DNA of 64,000 nt from an uncultured virus (IMG/VR IMGVR_UViG_3300034071_002938). Its lineage: Duplodnaviria > Heunggongvirae > Uroviricota > Caudoviricetes. The position numbers and the translations under genes were made by a program. Position 1 is the first letter of the stretch, and every line of letters begins with the position of its first letter. The notes beneath the pieces were generated by a model that worked only from the letters and a program-made list of their open reading frames with translations, made no database searches and was not told where the DNA came from. Of this stretch, positions 1 through 10,017 are shown piece by piece. Location: the IMG/VR virus record IMGVR_UViG_3300034071_002938. One strand, given 5' to 3'.

Positions 1-21
1 CTTTTGTCTATAGGAGATCAC

Positions 22-675
22 ATGAACAAGCCAGAGAAGCTCTACTTGATCGGCGGTGGGCGTCATATCCAGACGCGCAACCTGCGCCGTGCCAATCGTT
101 TCCCCCGCCGTGTTGTTCGCATCGGCGAACTCACGATCCGTCACCAGCGCGCGGACGTCGATCTCGATTTCGTCCGCAAGCATCTTCAGCTCATCATCAC
201 CGAGATGCGCAAGGGATCCCTCATCGTTGCGCACAGCGCGGACAAGTTCGTTGATGAGGCCGAGCTGCTTGAGTTCTTCAGCGATGAACTCGAGCCCGCG
301 GCCCTCCTCGAGGCGCCCGAGTTCTCAGATCCACACCCAGCCGATGCTGATGACATTGATGACAATGTCCCCGGAGACTTCAATGTCACTGCCCTGATGG
401 AGACGTCGCCGGTCCTGACGGAGCCTGAGGAGGCAAAGACGACGGAGCTGGAAGAGGCAAAGACGGAGGATGCTCCGAAGATCGATGATGCAGTGAAGGA
501 CGCACCAAAGGCAGAGGGTTCGGTGGTTGAGGGGTTCGAAAAGGAGCTTCCCGACCTCACAGGTCTCGTCAAGAAGCAGCTCGTGGCACTCTGCCAGGAG
601 CGCGGAATCGAAGTACCGGCTTCGCCGTCCAACGCCGTTCTGGTCGATCTTCTCACGGCCTGGAAAAACAGCTGA
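22..675 (+). CDS. Hypothetical protein with acidic linker and C-terminal HeH/SAP/Rho-N-like helical domain
   Basis: AGGAG SD before ATG22; C-terminal LTGLVKKQLVALCQERGIEVPASPSNAVLVDLL resembles a helix-extension-helix motif. Confidence 0.55.
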   Translation: MNKPEKLYLIGGGRHIQTRNLRRANRFPRRVVRIGELTIRHQRADVDLDFVRKHLQLIITEMRKGSLIVAHSADKFVDEAELLEFFSDELEPAALLEAPEFSDPHPADADDIDDNVPGDFNVTALMETSPVLTEPEEAKTTELEEAKTEDAPKIDDAVKDAPKAEGSVVEGFEKELPDLTGLVKKQLVALCQERGIEVPASPSNAVLVDLLTAWKNS

Positions 676-693
676 TCAACAAGTCGAGGGTGT

Positions 694-1203
694 ATGCCGC
701 AACTACAAGGTCTTGGTCAACCGCCCAACCCCGCAGTGTTCGAGTCACACGTTCAGAGCGTGCGCTTGTTCATGCGGGATTTTGCGCAGCTCAACCTGCT
801 AATCGCGGGCGAGGAGAGTAGCGACAGAATGATCGCATGGGCCACGATGGACTTCCTGTCGAACTTCAACGGCACAACCCCCTTCAGCGCATACACCCTC
901 GACGATCTTCTTCTGAGCTACCAACTCCAGAGCTTTGCAGTCCGAGGCACCACAATCAGCCTGCTCCAAAGCCTCATGATCCTGTATGCCAGGAATCATC
1001 TTCCGTTCAGCGATGGCGGTCTCAGCGTCAACTTCAACGACAAGGCCCCGCTGATTCAATCCATGCTTCAACTCTTCCAAGCCGCATACGAGCAGGAGAA
1101 GAGGCAGATCAAAACAGCGATCAACATTGCGAGCATCATGGATACCGGTCCGAGCGGTGTCCACAGCGACTACCTGACCCTTTCCCAAGTCGGATACTAC
1201 TGA
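694..1203 (+). CDS. Probable head completion / head-tail connector (neck) protein
   Basis: 169-aa ORF with GAGG SD in the structural module; FSDGGLSVNF motif followed by a C-terminal helix resembles connector proteins; function inferred mainly from position. Confidence 0.45.
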   Translation: MPQLQGLGQPPNPAVFESHVQSVRLFMRDFAQLNLLIAGEESSDRMIAWATMDFLSNFNGTTPFSAYTLDDLLLSYQLQSFAVRGTTISLLQSLMILYARNHLPFSDGGLSVNFNDKAPLIQSMLQLFQAAYEQEKRQIKTAINIASIMDTGPSGVHSDYLTLSQVGYY

Positions 1204-1209
1204 GGAGCC

Positions 1210-1686
1210 ATGCCCTACAAATCAATCGTTGCAGATCTTCAAACCATCACGGACCGCCTCAATGGCGCCGTGATCTTTGGCCCATTCCCGAACAATGGCA
1301 TTCCTGCTGGCGGGCTCACCATCAGCTTCACCGCTCCTGCCGCGACAGTGACCTTCTCAGGCTCAGCCGGAGACATGCTCACGATTACCGAAGTCGTGGA
1401 TCAACTGAGAACACAGTTGAACGCAGCTGGTGTGGCTCGGGTCTCTAAGCGATCCCTGCATAACCAGGGAAATGGGATCACGACGGATAATGCTGGTGGT
1501 CCGGCCAACGCAATGGTGTCTATCGTAATCACCGCAACGGAAGTGGTTATCGAACCAGGGGGCACTGCTGACTCCCTGTTCGGCATTGCAGGCACAATCA
1601 ACGCGAATGAGGTGGATCCCGCGAAGATCTATGGGTTCTCTCAGGGCACTCATCCTGGTTACTTCGTCATCCTGATCGGAGAATGA
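1210..1686 (+). CDS. Virion structural protein (beta-rich, resembles segments of the sheath insertion domains)
   Basis: GAGGAG SD; TVTF..G..LTITEVVDQL and GGTADSLFG patterns resemble segments within the sheath ORF. Confidence 0.45.
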   Translation: MPYKSIVADLQTITDRLNGAVIFGPFPNNGIPAGGLTISFTAPAATVTFSGSAGDMLTITEVVDQLRTQLNAAGVARVSKRSLHNQGNGITTDNAGGPANAMVSIVITATEVVIEPGGTADSLFGIAGTINANEVDPAKIYGFSQGTHPGYFVILIGE

Positions 1687-3311
1687 ACATGGAAGGCTTT
1701 AATCGCACCGACGCACTGGTCTTCGTTCATGCTCTCCGCAAGATTGCGGCCGGACCTGACGCAGACTTCGTAAACCGCGCAGAGAAGGTTGAGACTGGCG
1801 AGGCATCTACGCCAGATGAGGCCATGCAGCGCACTCTTGCCGGATCACCCGATCCTACACAGCGATATGAGGGCGACTACGCAGTCCCGCCTGAACAGGT
1901 CGTTCCTGTTCTCGGGCAGATCGTGGCGAACAGTCAGCGCCAGCACCTTGCCTACTCCTTCTACGCCGAGATGATTCGCGGCGCAGGACGCGGCGATCTT
2001 GCTGACCTGTTCGAAGAGCAGGGAGCCGGTGAACTCAAGGAGATGTCCTACTTCCTCCGCCGCCTGTCTATCCTGGCTCCTGGGGGCGCTCCTATTCCGG
2101 TTGCCCCCACCCCAGAGCCTACGAACGACATCGGTAAGGCCCTGAACTACCTCATTGCGGGAGAGCAGCAAGCGCTGGTTCTTTTCAAGAGCCTACACTC
2201 GATGCTTGGTGACAACCCCATGAAGTACATGATCGAGCAGATCATGACGGATGCTCAGGGTCACCACGACAAGCTCGTTCAGAACCTCCCGGCAGCAAGC
2301 CCGAAGTCCAAGGTGGCTTCTGTGCTCGCCAAACTCAGCAACAAGGTTCCCGTTGGGGCTCCGGGCACAGAGCCTGCGGAGGTCGTTGCGCAGCGCGAAG
2401 CAGTCCTTCAGCAGCAACAGCTTGTCGGGGAGAATCAGGCTCTTCGTGCTCAGCTCGATCAAGCCGGTCAGGTTGCAGTGGGGCAACAGCAGCAGCTCGA
2501 GAGCCTTGGCGCCGAGAATCAGAACCTTCAGGCTCAAGCCCAGATTGCTGGAGATCAGGCGCACGCGGCTACAGAACAGGCTCAGCTCAATGCCGAGCAA
2601 GCCGCAGCACAGGCCGATGCCAAGATGCGTCTGGCTATCCGCATTCAGCAGTTCCGTCAGACTCTTGCTGATACCGTCGCTGCTGACCCAGTTCAGGAAG
2701 AGGGCGTTGGGTTTGGCGAGCAGGCCGGTCCCGGAACCATCCAGACCTCGAGTCAACAGAATGCAGCTGCCCAGGAAGCCGCTGCAATGGACCCTACAGG
2801 CGGCGTAGGGGCTGCGCCCACCCAGACGGCGGCCAAACAGCAACAGGAGGCCGCAGGAGCCCAGCAGGAGGCCAAGAAGCAGACGGCACAGGCCCAGCAA
2901 GCCACGAAGCAGGCAAACATGGAGTCTGGATCGATTGGCAACAACAAGGCAATGAAAAGGAAGATCGATAAGCTTGTTGGTGCTCTGGCTGCGGCCAAGA
3001 ACCATCAGACATCGACTCCTGCTGGGCGTCTCGCACTGGGCATCGGTGGAACCGCTGTGGTCGGAACGCTGCTTCACAAGGCACTCAAGAAGGAGCGCGC
3101 CAAGTCAGCTGGTGACTACACCGAGGGCCTCCGTCTGATGGCAAAGGCGAAGAAGGCTGGAGTTCAGACCGTTGGTCAAGTCGACAATGGTGATCCCGAG
3201 AACCCGCGTCTCCCGCTCGCAGGCATGGGGACTGAGGTTGATAGGCGCAACCCCCGTCTGGCTCCGGCTGAGACTCACAAGCAGCACATCAATCTAGCCA
3301 AGAAGGTCTGA
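1683..3311 (+). CDS. Putative virion protein with ferritin-like four-helix domain and Gln/Ala-rich coiled coil
   Basis: aa ~72-200 follow the bacterioferritin/Dps pattern (LAY..YA.M..G.G..DLADLFEEQ...E......RRL..L ... E..AL ... GD....MIEQI..D...H.DKL); ATGA overlap with upstream gene. Confidence 0.65.
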   Translation: MNMEGFNRTDALVFVHALRKIAAGPDADFVNRAEKVETGEASTPDEAMQRTLAGSPDPTQRYEGDYAVPPEQVVPVLGQIVANSQRQHLAYSFYAEMIRGAGRGDLADLFEEQGAGELKEMSYFLRRLSILAPGGAPIPVAPTPEPTNDIGKALNYLIAGEQQALVLFKSLHSMLGDNPMKYMIEQIMTDAQGHHDKLVQNLPAASPKSKVASVLAKLSNKVPVGAPGTEPAEVVAQREAVLQQQQLVGENQALRAQLDQAGQVAVGQQQQLESLGAENQNLQAQAQIAGDQAHAATEQAQLNAEQAAAQADAKMRLAIRIQQFRQTLADTVAADPVQEEGVGFGEQAGPGTIQTSSQQNAAAQEAAAMDPTGGVGAAPTQTAAKQQQEAAGAQQEAKKQTAQAQQATKQANMESGSIGNNKAMKRKIDKLVGALAAAKNHQTSTPAGRLALGIGGTAVVGTLLHKALKKERAKSAGDYTEGLRLMAKAKKAGVQTVGQVDNGDPENPRLPLAGMGTEVDRRNPRLAPAETHKQHINLAKKV

Positions 3312-3312
3312 C

Positions 3313-3726
3313 GTGATCGCTTACGAGCTAATCCTTGAGCGTCTCAAGACAGCATCTATGCCCACGCTTGCGATGACGGCCGCCTCACAGGCCAATCATC
3401 TCAGGCGTGCAGGCGCATTTGCGCAACGCACGCAAGGCGTAGCCAAGGACGTGGTCGCGTCCACCAACCATGCCCTTGCGAACTTCAAGCCCAAAGCACC
3501 CGTGGCCATCCCGCGACCTGCGCCAAACGCAATCGCGCAAGTAGCTCGGAAGACAACACCCACACAAGCGATCGATGGTATGGCGCTCCCGCGCCATCTG
3601 GCAAAGACGAACCCAGAGCAGGCCATTCAGGCTGGTAGGCAATACGGAGCCAAAGTCGTTGGGAACGCATCGGTGCTGGATCAGCTGTCTCGAACCAGCT
3701 TCGACAAACTTGCACGGAGGCGATGA
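3313..3726 (+). CDS. Ala-rich hypothetical virion-associated protein
   Basis: GTG start, packed between structural genes; contains LKTAS and DKLA motifs. Confidence 0.5.
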   Translation: MIAYELILERLKTASMPTLAMTAASQANHLRRAGAFAQRTQGVAKDVVASTNHALANFKPKAPVAIPRPAPNAIAQVARKTTPTQAIDGMALPRHLAKTNPEQAIQAGRQYGAKVVGNASVLDQLSRTSFDKLARRR

Positions 3727-4628
3727 TGCCTACTCTTCCGATCGAAAAGCTTCAGGTACGAAGCCTGGATGTCGACTCGAATGAAGTGACCTGGGAGGTT
3801 GCTAGCCCGACGCATGAAGATGCGCTGGACTACACCTTCCAGATTCTTCGGTCGGAGAGCCCTGAGGGACCCTTCGAAGCAATCACTCAGGCGTTCGAGG
3901 AGCGTTACATCTTTGTCGACCGTAGGCTTCCTGCTGGCGATAAGTTCCGTCAGATCTGGTACCGCCTCCGCGTGACCCACAAGGCTACAACAGAGGTGGT
4001 TGACTTCGGCCCCGTAACCCGGCAGGCCGAACCAGATCTGATCGCGAACTACATTCGCAGGATGGAACTGACGCTCTTCACGCAGGCTACGGGCAGGCTG
4101 TGCTGGCTCTTCAAACGCCGGAGCTTCGGCGCGCGTTGCCCAAGCTGCTGGGACAGCGTTACGAACAAGAAGCTGAAGTCGAGTTGCATGACCTGCTACC
4201 AGACCGGATTCCTTCGTGGCTATCTGAATCCGATCGAGGTTTGGGTCCAGATCGATCCAGCGGCAAAGGCTCAACAGAACAACTCTCAGCAGGTAGATCA
4301 GCAAACAGGCACCACTGCCCGTATGTCGTTCTATCCCAACGTCGTTCCTGGTGATGTTCTTGTGGAGGCCGAGAACAAGCGTTGGAGGGTCGTGAAGATG
4401 ACGCTGAGCGAGCGTCTTCGCTCTCCGATCAAGCAAGAGCTTGTGCTGATCCAGATCAACGATACGGACATCGAGTATAGGCTTCCGATCCATCTCGACG
4501 AAGCGTTGCGGGACATCCAGCCATCCCCTCCACGCATGTACACGAATCCGACTGATCTCCAAAACTCGATTGATGAGCGGATTCCAGATATCTTTGCGAA
4601 CTACAGAACCTACCCAAGAGACCCCTAA
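3723..4628 (+). CDS. Probable neck/head-closure protein with N-terminal FN3-like domain and CxxC..CxxC zinc finger
   Basis: VTW...FQILRS.S.EGPF...FVD...YRLRV FN3-like pattern; CPSCWD...CMTCYQTG; PGDVLVE..NKRWRV closure-protein-like motif. Confidence 0.5.
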   Translation: MMPTLPIEKLQVRSLDVDSNEVTWEVASPTHEDALDYTFQILRSESPEGPFEAITQAFEERYIFVDRRLPAGDKFRQIWYRLRVTHKATTEVVDFGPVTRQAEPDLIANYIRRMELTLFTQATGRLCWLFKRRSFGARCPSCWDSVTNKKLKSSCMTCYQTGFLRGYLNPIEVWVQIDPAAKAQQNNSQQVDQQTGTTARMSFYPNVVPGDVLVEAENKRWRVVKMTLSERLRSPIKQELVLIQINDTDIEYRLPIHLDEALRDIQPSPPRMYTNPTDLQNSIDERIPDIFANYRTYPRDP

Positions 4629-4653
4629 GACTCACGGAAAGCAGGAGATGACT

Positions 4654-5277
4654 ATGAAACAAAGCATGGAAGCAGCCAAGTTGGCTGGATTCGCTGATCG
4701 TCTGAAGGAGGCCAGCGTGGAGGATCGTGGCGCAGTTGGTAGCCGCCGTTCAGGGTCGTTGCCTTCAGGCGGCACCAGCCATTCTGAGCGCCGTGTCGCC
4801 TTCCTACATTCGCCCGCTGGGTTTTCGGATCACATGAAGGCACTGGAGGGCGACTCCACGAGGAGTCTCAACTCTGCCTTCCAAAACATCAGCAACAAGA
4901 TCAAGGCGGATGCGCTTCATCGTGCTGACTCCACATCCCTCCGACGTGCTGGTGGGGCTGGTAAGGCTGGGCTCATTGCTGCTGGTGGGGTCGCCGCTGG
5001 CATTGCTGGCAAGCACCTCTACGACAAGCACAAGGAAAAGCACAAGGAGGCCTCGATTGCAGGCGGTCTCGGATCACTGGGCAGCCGTGTGATCGGCGCT
5101 GGTACTCGAGTGGCGAAGGCCGTTGGTCAAGGTGAGAACTACGGCAAGCTCATGCGTACTGGCGCGCATATGAGTGGTGGTGGCAAGGCGCTGGCCAAGA
5201 ACGTCGGGATCGGTACCATTGGTGCCGGACTCGCAGCTGCTGGTGCAGGCGGTGCCCTGTTGGGTCGTGCATCATGA
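4654..5277 (+). CDS. Gly/Ala-rich putative internal virion protein with glycine-zipper-like hydrophobic segments
   Basis: AGGAG SD; GxxxG-rich segments; KLAG and KEAS (twice) motifs. Confidence 0.55.
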   Translation: MKQSMEAAKLAGFADRLKEASVEDRGAVGSRRSGSLPSGGTSHSERRVAFLHSPAGFSDHMKALEGDSTRSLNSAFQNISNKIKADALHRADSTSLRRAGGAGKAGLIAAGGVAAGIAGKHLYDKHKEKHKEASIAGGLGSLGSRVIGAGTRVAKAVGQGENYGKLMRTGAHMSGGGKALAKNVGIGTIGAGLAAAGAGGALLGRAS

Positions 5278-6080
5278 GCCTGGATACGGCATCTTTCGAA
5301 GATCTTCGACGCAGTGCTCGCGTGGGAGATATCTTGGTTATGTCTCCCAAGATCCCTCCTGGGGGCGAAGATCTCGTATCCAAGGCCTTCAATGCTGTCT
5401 CCAGAAAGATTCAGGGTGACCTGACTCACTCAGCTATTTACGCAGGAAAGGGAAAGGTTATTGACTTTCGCCTTGATCACGGGATCAAGCGCATGTCGTT
5501 GTCCGACGCGGTTAGCGGCCTGGACGTTGCGCTGGTTCGCCCGTCTGTGTCAGATGAGGAAAAGCTTCGTGCCGTGAACAAGATCGATAAGGCGCGAAAA
5601 AATGAATCGGTACAATACAGCGTACCACAGCTGTTCAAGACACTTGGAACACGACTTGCCCCCGCTCTTGGCAACGATTCAAAGCGATTGTCATCAGAGA
5701 TCTGTTCTACTCTGATTGCAAAATCCTTCGACAAGAAGATCGTTAGAGGAATGTCTCGAGATGCTGTTGTTCCATCTGATTTTCTGAACTCCCCAAAAAC
5801 AGAGCACATCATGACTCTTCGACAAAAAGTAGCTGAGTACGAGAAGATGTCTCCGAGTAAGTGGCGACGGACTGCACAGGATGCTCCTGTTGCAGTCTTG
5901 GCCAGCGGCCTTGGGTACGGTATCGGAAGAACACTAGCAGAGGTGATTGGGAAGGGGCCTAGTGCTCCGACATGGGCCAAGTCCCTCCCCGCCATCGCCA
6001 CGGGCGTGTCTCTGGTGGGCGCTTACGCGGGTCTTATGGCCAGGGACGAACTGGCCCGACGACGAGCAGAGGCTGTGTGA
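5274..6080 (+). CDS. Permuted papain-like (YaeF/YiiX, permuted NlpC/P60) amidase domain protein with C-terminal hydrophobic helices
   Basis: GDILV...THSAIY.G.G.VI...VRP...Y...ICSTLIA...PSDF: His before Cys, the permuted arrangement. Confidence 0.75.
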   Translation: MSLDTASFEDLRRSARVGDILVMSPKIPPGGEDLVSKAFNAVSRKIQGDLTHSAIYAGKGKVIDFRLDHGIKRMSLSDAVSGLDVALVRPSVSDEEKLRAVNKIDKARKNESVQYSVPQLFKTLGTRLAPALGNDSKRLSSEICSTLIAKSFDKKIVRGMSRDAVVPSDFLNSPKTEHIMTLRQKVAEYEKMSPSKWRRTAQDAPVAVLASGLGYGIGRTLAEVIGKGPSAPTWAKSLPAIATGVSLVGAYAGLMARDELARRRAEAV

Positions 6081-6895
6081 GTGCACAAACACCATCGATT
6101 CCGGAAGGCCCGATCGGCCTGTCCCCATTCTACGAAGTCGTTCGCCTGATGACGAGCTTCTTGCAATGGCGTTTCTCGAAGCTTCCAGCCGGAAGTTATC
6201 GTTTCGATCCGGATTCTGGTGGTCCCGAGCAGAAGAACACTGAGATCTTCATCGGAGCAGACACTCCTATCAACACGGAGACAGTTGGGCGACGTCCGGC
6301 AATCACCGTGTTGAGGAGTCCTGTGTCCGCAGCAGGCCTCAGTCTTAACGACATGGCCTTCGTGGATATTGCTACAGGCGGCAAGACACGGATGGACATG
6401 TACCCCACCAACTTGATGATCAATGTTCTCAGCACCGAGCCGGTGGAAGCTGAGAACATTGCGTTCTTCGTGATGGAGCAGATCTCCGCTTTCCGAGAAG
6501 AGATCTGCAAGGAGTCCAAGGGACTCATCATGCTGATCGGTCCGCGCCCAGTGATGAGCGCAGCATCACCTGCTGGGTCGCTAGTGGAGTCGACCTCGTA
6601 CGAATGGGTGGCGATCACTGTTTCGTTCCCCTGCTACCTCCAGCATGCCACCACGAATCTTCCTCTCAACAGGCCCATCTTGTCCGGATTCAAGATCGGA
6701 GGGCCCGTAGGAGGACCACAACCAGCTCCGGTGCAGCCAGTGGTGCTTCTTCAGGGAAGCGCCGTTATGCAACCAGCTCAGGATGAGAAGAGCCGAAGCG
6801 CTGCCACAAGCGCGATCGGCGACCTTCCACAAACAGGCGTAGGCGAGGCACAATACAGTGAGCCTCTGACGATTGAGATCAAGACTAGGACATAA
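6077..6895 (+). CDS. Probable tail terminator/tail completion protein
   Basis: GTG start overlapping upstream TGA; immediately precedes the sheath; RPAITV.R...INVLS....EAE.IA pattern. Confidence 0.45.
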   Translation: MSAQTPSIPEGPIGLSPFYEVVRLMTSFLQWRFSKLPAGSYRFDPDSGGPEQKNTEIFIGADTPINTETVGRRPAITVLRSPVSAAGLSLNDMAFVDIATGGKTRMDMYPTNLMINVLSTEPVEAENIAFFVMEQISAFREEICKESKGLIMLIGPRPVMSAASPAGSLVESTSYEWVAITVSFPCYLQHATTNLPLNRPILSGFKIGGPVGGPQPAPVQPVVLLQGSAVMQPAQDEKSRSAATSAIGDLPQTGVGEAQYSEPLTIEIKTRT

Positions 6896-6905
6896 GGAGA
6901 ACACA

Positions 6906-9900
6906 ATGGCGACTAGCCCCACGATTGAGAGGCCTGGAGTACAGGTCATTCAGCAGTTCCGTACTGCAAGCCCGACGATCCTCATCCCGACTCTGCCTGC
7001 ATGTATCGTTGGTCCATGCAATCAGATCATCGAGGCTGTGCAGGACGACGGGAGCCTGAACCCCGCGGCACGTATTGCGCTTCCTGCGCGTTTCGCCTTT
7101 GCCTACGTCTCGAGCCCGTTCGAGTACACAAGCGTCGGCACCAACACACTCGAGCTGAGCGTCAACAACGCTGCGGCAGAACAGGTCGTGTTTGGAACAG
7201 GACCCAACCTCACGGTCGATCAGGTTGTCGATGCCATTCTCACGGCAGAGATTCCTGGCCTGACCGCTGTCGTGGAGGAGAGCGGAACGCAGAAGCGTGT
7301 TGTTGTCTACACCACAAGCTCGGGAGAGAATGCGAGCCTTGAGGTCGGAACAGGCACAAGCTCGCCCTGCCTCACGGCGTTTGGGATCACAAAGGGGCTT
7401 CGTAGCACCGGTTCTTCGGGCTACATGAACTTCATTGATCTCAAGATGGGTATTGGTGACTATCCCGATCCACGATCGAACATCGACCTGGTCGTTGTTG
7501 ACTACGACACAGTTCGCGCATTCATGAACGACGGGAGCGGCAAGATCCGAGAGGTTCTTCGCACCGAGTCGTTCCTCGAGGGCGCCACTTCTGCTGTCAC
7601 GGTTCAGGACGACGGCGACGGGGACAACCTCAGCCCGTACCTCAACTTCTCGGGCGGCGTCTTCCACACCAAGCCTGCAACGCTACTTGGAAGCGTTGAC
7701 TGGTCTGGGCTTTCGTACCCAGCGGCTTTTGGTACATCCACACTCGAGTTGATCGTCAACGGAGTCACTGTGGTGGTGACCTTTGCCAACCCCGGCAATG
7801 CCACCGCAGCTGCTCTTGCAGTCAACACGGCGCTTGGTGTGAACGGCACGTGCGTTATCAGCGGCGGATTCCCGCTTCTGACTTCGGCGCTTTCAGGCGT
7901 TAGCTCGAGCATCGAGATTGGTGCCGCGGGTACGATCAACGAGGCGACCATCGGTCTTGTCGTTGGACGCTACGCAGCGGGCAAGCCTGCTCGTGCCCGT
8001 GCACAGGGCAACGCCGACCTCACGGCCATCACCTATGCCACATCTGTGCAGGGACGAGTTCTCCGCATGAGTGTGGGTGGCGGTGAGTACCAGCAGCTGG
8101 TCTTCGGTACTGGAGTTGCTTCGGCGGCAAACGTCATCACGGCGATCAATGAACTCTGGGGGTCCGTCTCCAGCCTCAACGGGGCGAACAACCTCGTTCT
8201 TCGTGCGGCCGATAACTTCGGTGGTGCTGAGTCGGAGATTCGCATTGACAAGAACGCTTCTGACTCGACGCTCCTCACGGCTCTTGGGCTGATCGGTGCT
8301 GGTGCACCCTTCAACTCTACGAGTGTGGTGTTCGGCGGTGCCTTCGCCCCACGTGTTGGTGATGAGGTCTGGGCCAACGGTGTTCGCCTCGGTCAGATCA
8401 CCGAAGTCCCTGCCACGCCGGACAACCGTCTTCGCATCAGCGTTGAGCAGCTGCTTTCATACTCGGCTTCGAGCTGGACGATCATCGCGAAGGGCTTGGA
8501 CAACCAGGCTGCGACGCTCTCCCGCCCGTCCTCGGACCTCATCGTGGACACGACGAGCGGCTCGGTGAGGATCAAGCACGGCATCTTCCGCGAGACAGGT
8601 GGCACTCCCACGGCAGCAGGGCCGCTCGGCACCTACCTGGCCTACAACGGTCTTCGTCAAGACGTCAGCCCTGCAAACGAGAGCTTCAATCTGCTTTCGT
8701 ATGGTACGACCACCGATCTCGAAGCCGACCTCTCCCCGATCGATCCGCAGAACCCGCTTGGTTTCGGCATCTACTTCGCTCTGCTCAATGCCCCCGGTGT
8801 TGAGGTCAGCGGTGCTGGTGTCGGTGAAGCGACGACTGGGGAGCCTGAGGGCAGCCTTGATGCCTACATCCAGGCGTTCGAGTTCCTCGAGAGCAAGAAC
8901 GTCTACGCCATCGCCCCGATGACGCATGCCGACGCAGTCGGTCAGGCGCTTCAGGTGCACGTCAACGAGCTGAGCAAGCCGGAGAACGGCCTCGAGCGCA
9001 TTGCAGTGCTCAACCCCAAGCGCCCAACCCGCAAGTCAGACACACTCGTCGCGTCCGTCTCTACGGCGAACGTGGCCGGTGCTCCGACCGACGTGATTGG
9101 AAGCGGGCTGGCTGATCTTCAGGCCAAGCTTGCTGCACTTGGCAAGGCTGGACCGACGTACACGATCACTGACGGTGTGTTCGTGGTGTTCGAAGATGAT
9201 CAGAACCGCTATCTCGTTGAGAGCATCAGCGGCCCCTCGATCACCATCAACAACGGCCCTCTCACGCAGACCGATGCGTTCTTCCTCGACGGTGGTGGTT
9301 CGGCCGTCTTTGCGGATGCAATCGTCGACCGACCAATGACCGTGTTCATCCGCGGCGGAAGCCTTGGCAACCGTACGGATGAGGCAGCGGCCTACGCAGA
9401 CCTTGCACGCAGCTACGCAGATCGCCGAGTCATCGTCACGGCGCCTGATGCAGCTCGAGCGTCTGTTGACGGTCTCGAGACCGGCATTGAGGGTTACTAC
9501 CTCTCTGCGGCACTGGCGGGCGTGTTCTCGTCGGTTGGTCCGAGCAAGCCACTCACTGAGGAAAGCCTGGCCGGGTTCAAGGGCGTCACTGGTTCGTCAG
9601 ACCGGTACTCCGAACTCCAGCTTCGCATGATGAGTGGTGGAGGCCTCTGGGTCTTCTACGCTGAGTCGGATCAGTCGGTGGTTCGCACGCGCCACCAACT
9701 GACGTCGGATGTCAGCACGATCGAAAAGCGAGAAAGCAGCATCACAAGGGCTGTTGATTTCTCGGCCATCTTCCTTCGCACTGGCCTCAAGAACTTCATT
9801 GGCCGGTTCAACATCACCACGACGGTTCAGGATGCAGTCAGCCTTGTTCTCGACGGTCTTTCGACCTTCCTGATCAAGAACGGAGTCCTGAAGTCCTTCG

Positions 9901-10010
9901 CGGTCAACGCGGTCCGTCAGTCGGCGAGCGCACCAGACACGCTCGAGATTGATGTGACTCTCGAGGTCCTCTACCCACTCAACTACATCAAGATCACTCT
10001 CGTGATCTGA
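6906..10010 (+). CDS. Tail sheath protein (contractile tail), ~1034 aa with large insertion domains
   Basis: AAGGAG SD; N-terminal RPGVQV; C-terminal sheath core (Y..AFE.LE, ERIAV, YLSAALAG, RHQLT...E.SI.RAVDF, YPLNYIKITL). Confidence 0.85.
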   Translation: MATSPTIERPGVQVIQQFRTASPTILIPTLPACIVGPCNQIIEAVQDDGSLNPAARIALPARFAFAYVSSPFEYTSVGTNTLELSVNNAAAEQVVFGTGPNLTVDQVVDAILTAEIPGLTAVVEESGTQKRVVVYTTSSGENASLEVGTGTSSPCLTAFGITKGLRSTGSSGYMNFIDLKMGIGDYPDPRSNIDLVVVDYDTVRAFMNDGSGKIREVLRTESFLEGATSAVTVQDDGDGDNLSPYLNFSGGVFHTKPATLLGSVDWSGLSYPAAFGTSTLELIVNGVTVVVTFANPGNATAAALAVNTALGVNGTCVISGGFPLLTSALSGVSSSIEIGAAGTINEATIGLVVGRYAAGKPARARAQGNADLTAITYATSVQGRVLRMSVGGGEYQQLVFGTGVASAANVITAINELWGSVSSLNGANNLVLRAADNFGGAESEIRIDKNASDSTLLTALGLIGAGAPFNSTSVVFGGAFAPRVGDEVWANGVRLGQITEVPATPDNRLRISVEQLLSYSASSWTIIAKGLDNQAATLSRPSSDLIVDTTSGSVRIKHGIFRETGGTPTAAGPLGTYLAYNGLRQDVSPANESFNLLSYGTTTDLEADLSPIDPQNPLGFGIYFALLNAPGVEVSGAGVGEATTGEPEGSLDAYIQAFEFLESKNVYAIAPMTHADAVGQALQVHVNELSKPENGLERIAVLNPKRPTRKSDTLVASVSTANVAGAPTDVIGSGLADLQAKLAALGKAGPTYTITDGVFVVFEDDQNRYLVESISGPSITINNGPLTQTDAFFLDGGGSAVFADAIVDRPMTVFIRGGSLGNRTDEAAAYADLARSYADRRVIVTAPDAARASVDGLETGIEGYYLSAALAGVFSSVGPSKPLTEESLAGFKGVTGSSDRYSELQLRMMSGGGLWVFYAESDQSVVRTRHQLTSDVSTIEKRESSITRAVDFSAIFLRTGLKNFIGRFNITTTVQDAVSLVLDGLSTFLIKNGVLKSFAVNAVRQSASAPDTLEIDVTLEVLYPLNYIKITLVI

Positions 10011-10017
10011 GGCGCAC

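Noticed and set aside
417..470. 24-bp imperfect tandem duplication (TEPEEAKT/TELEEAKT)
   Set aside because: In-frame low-complexity linker repeat with no sign of separate function.
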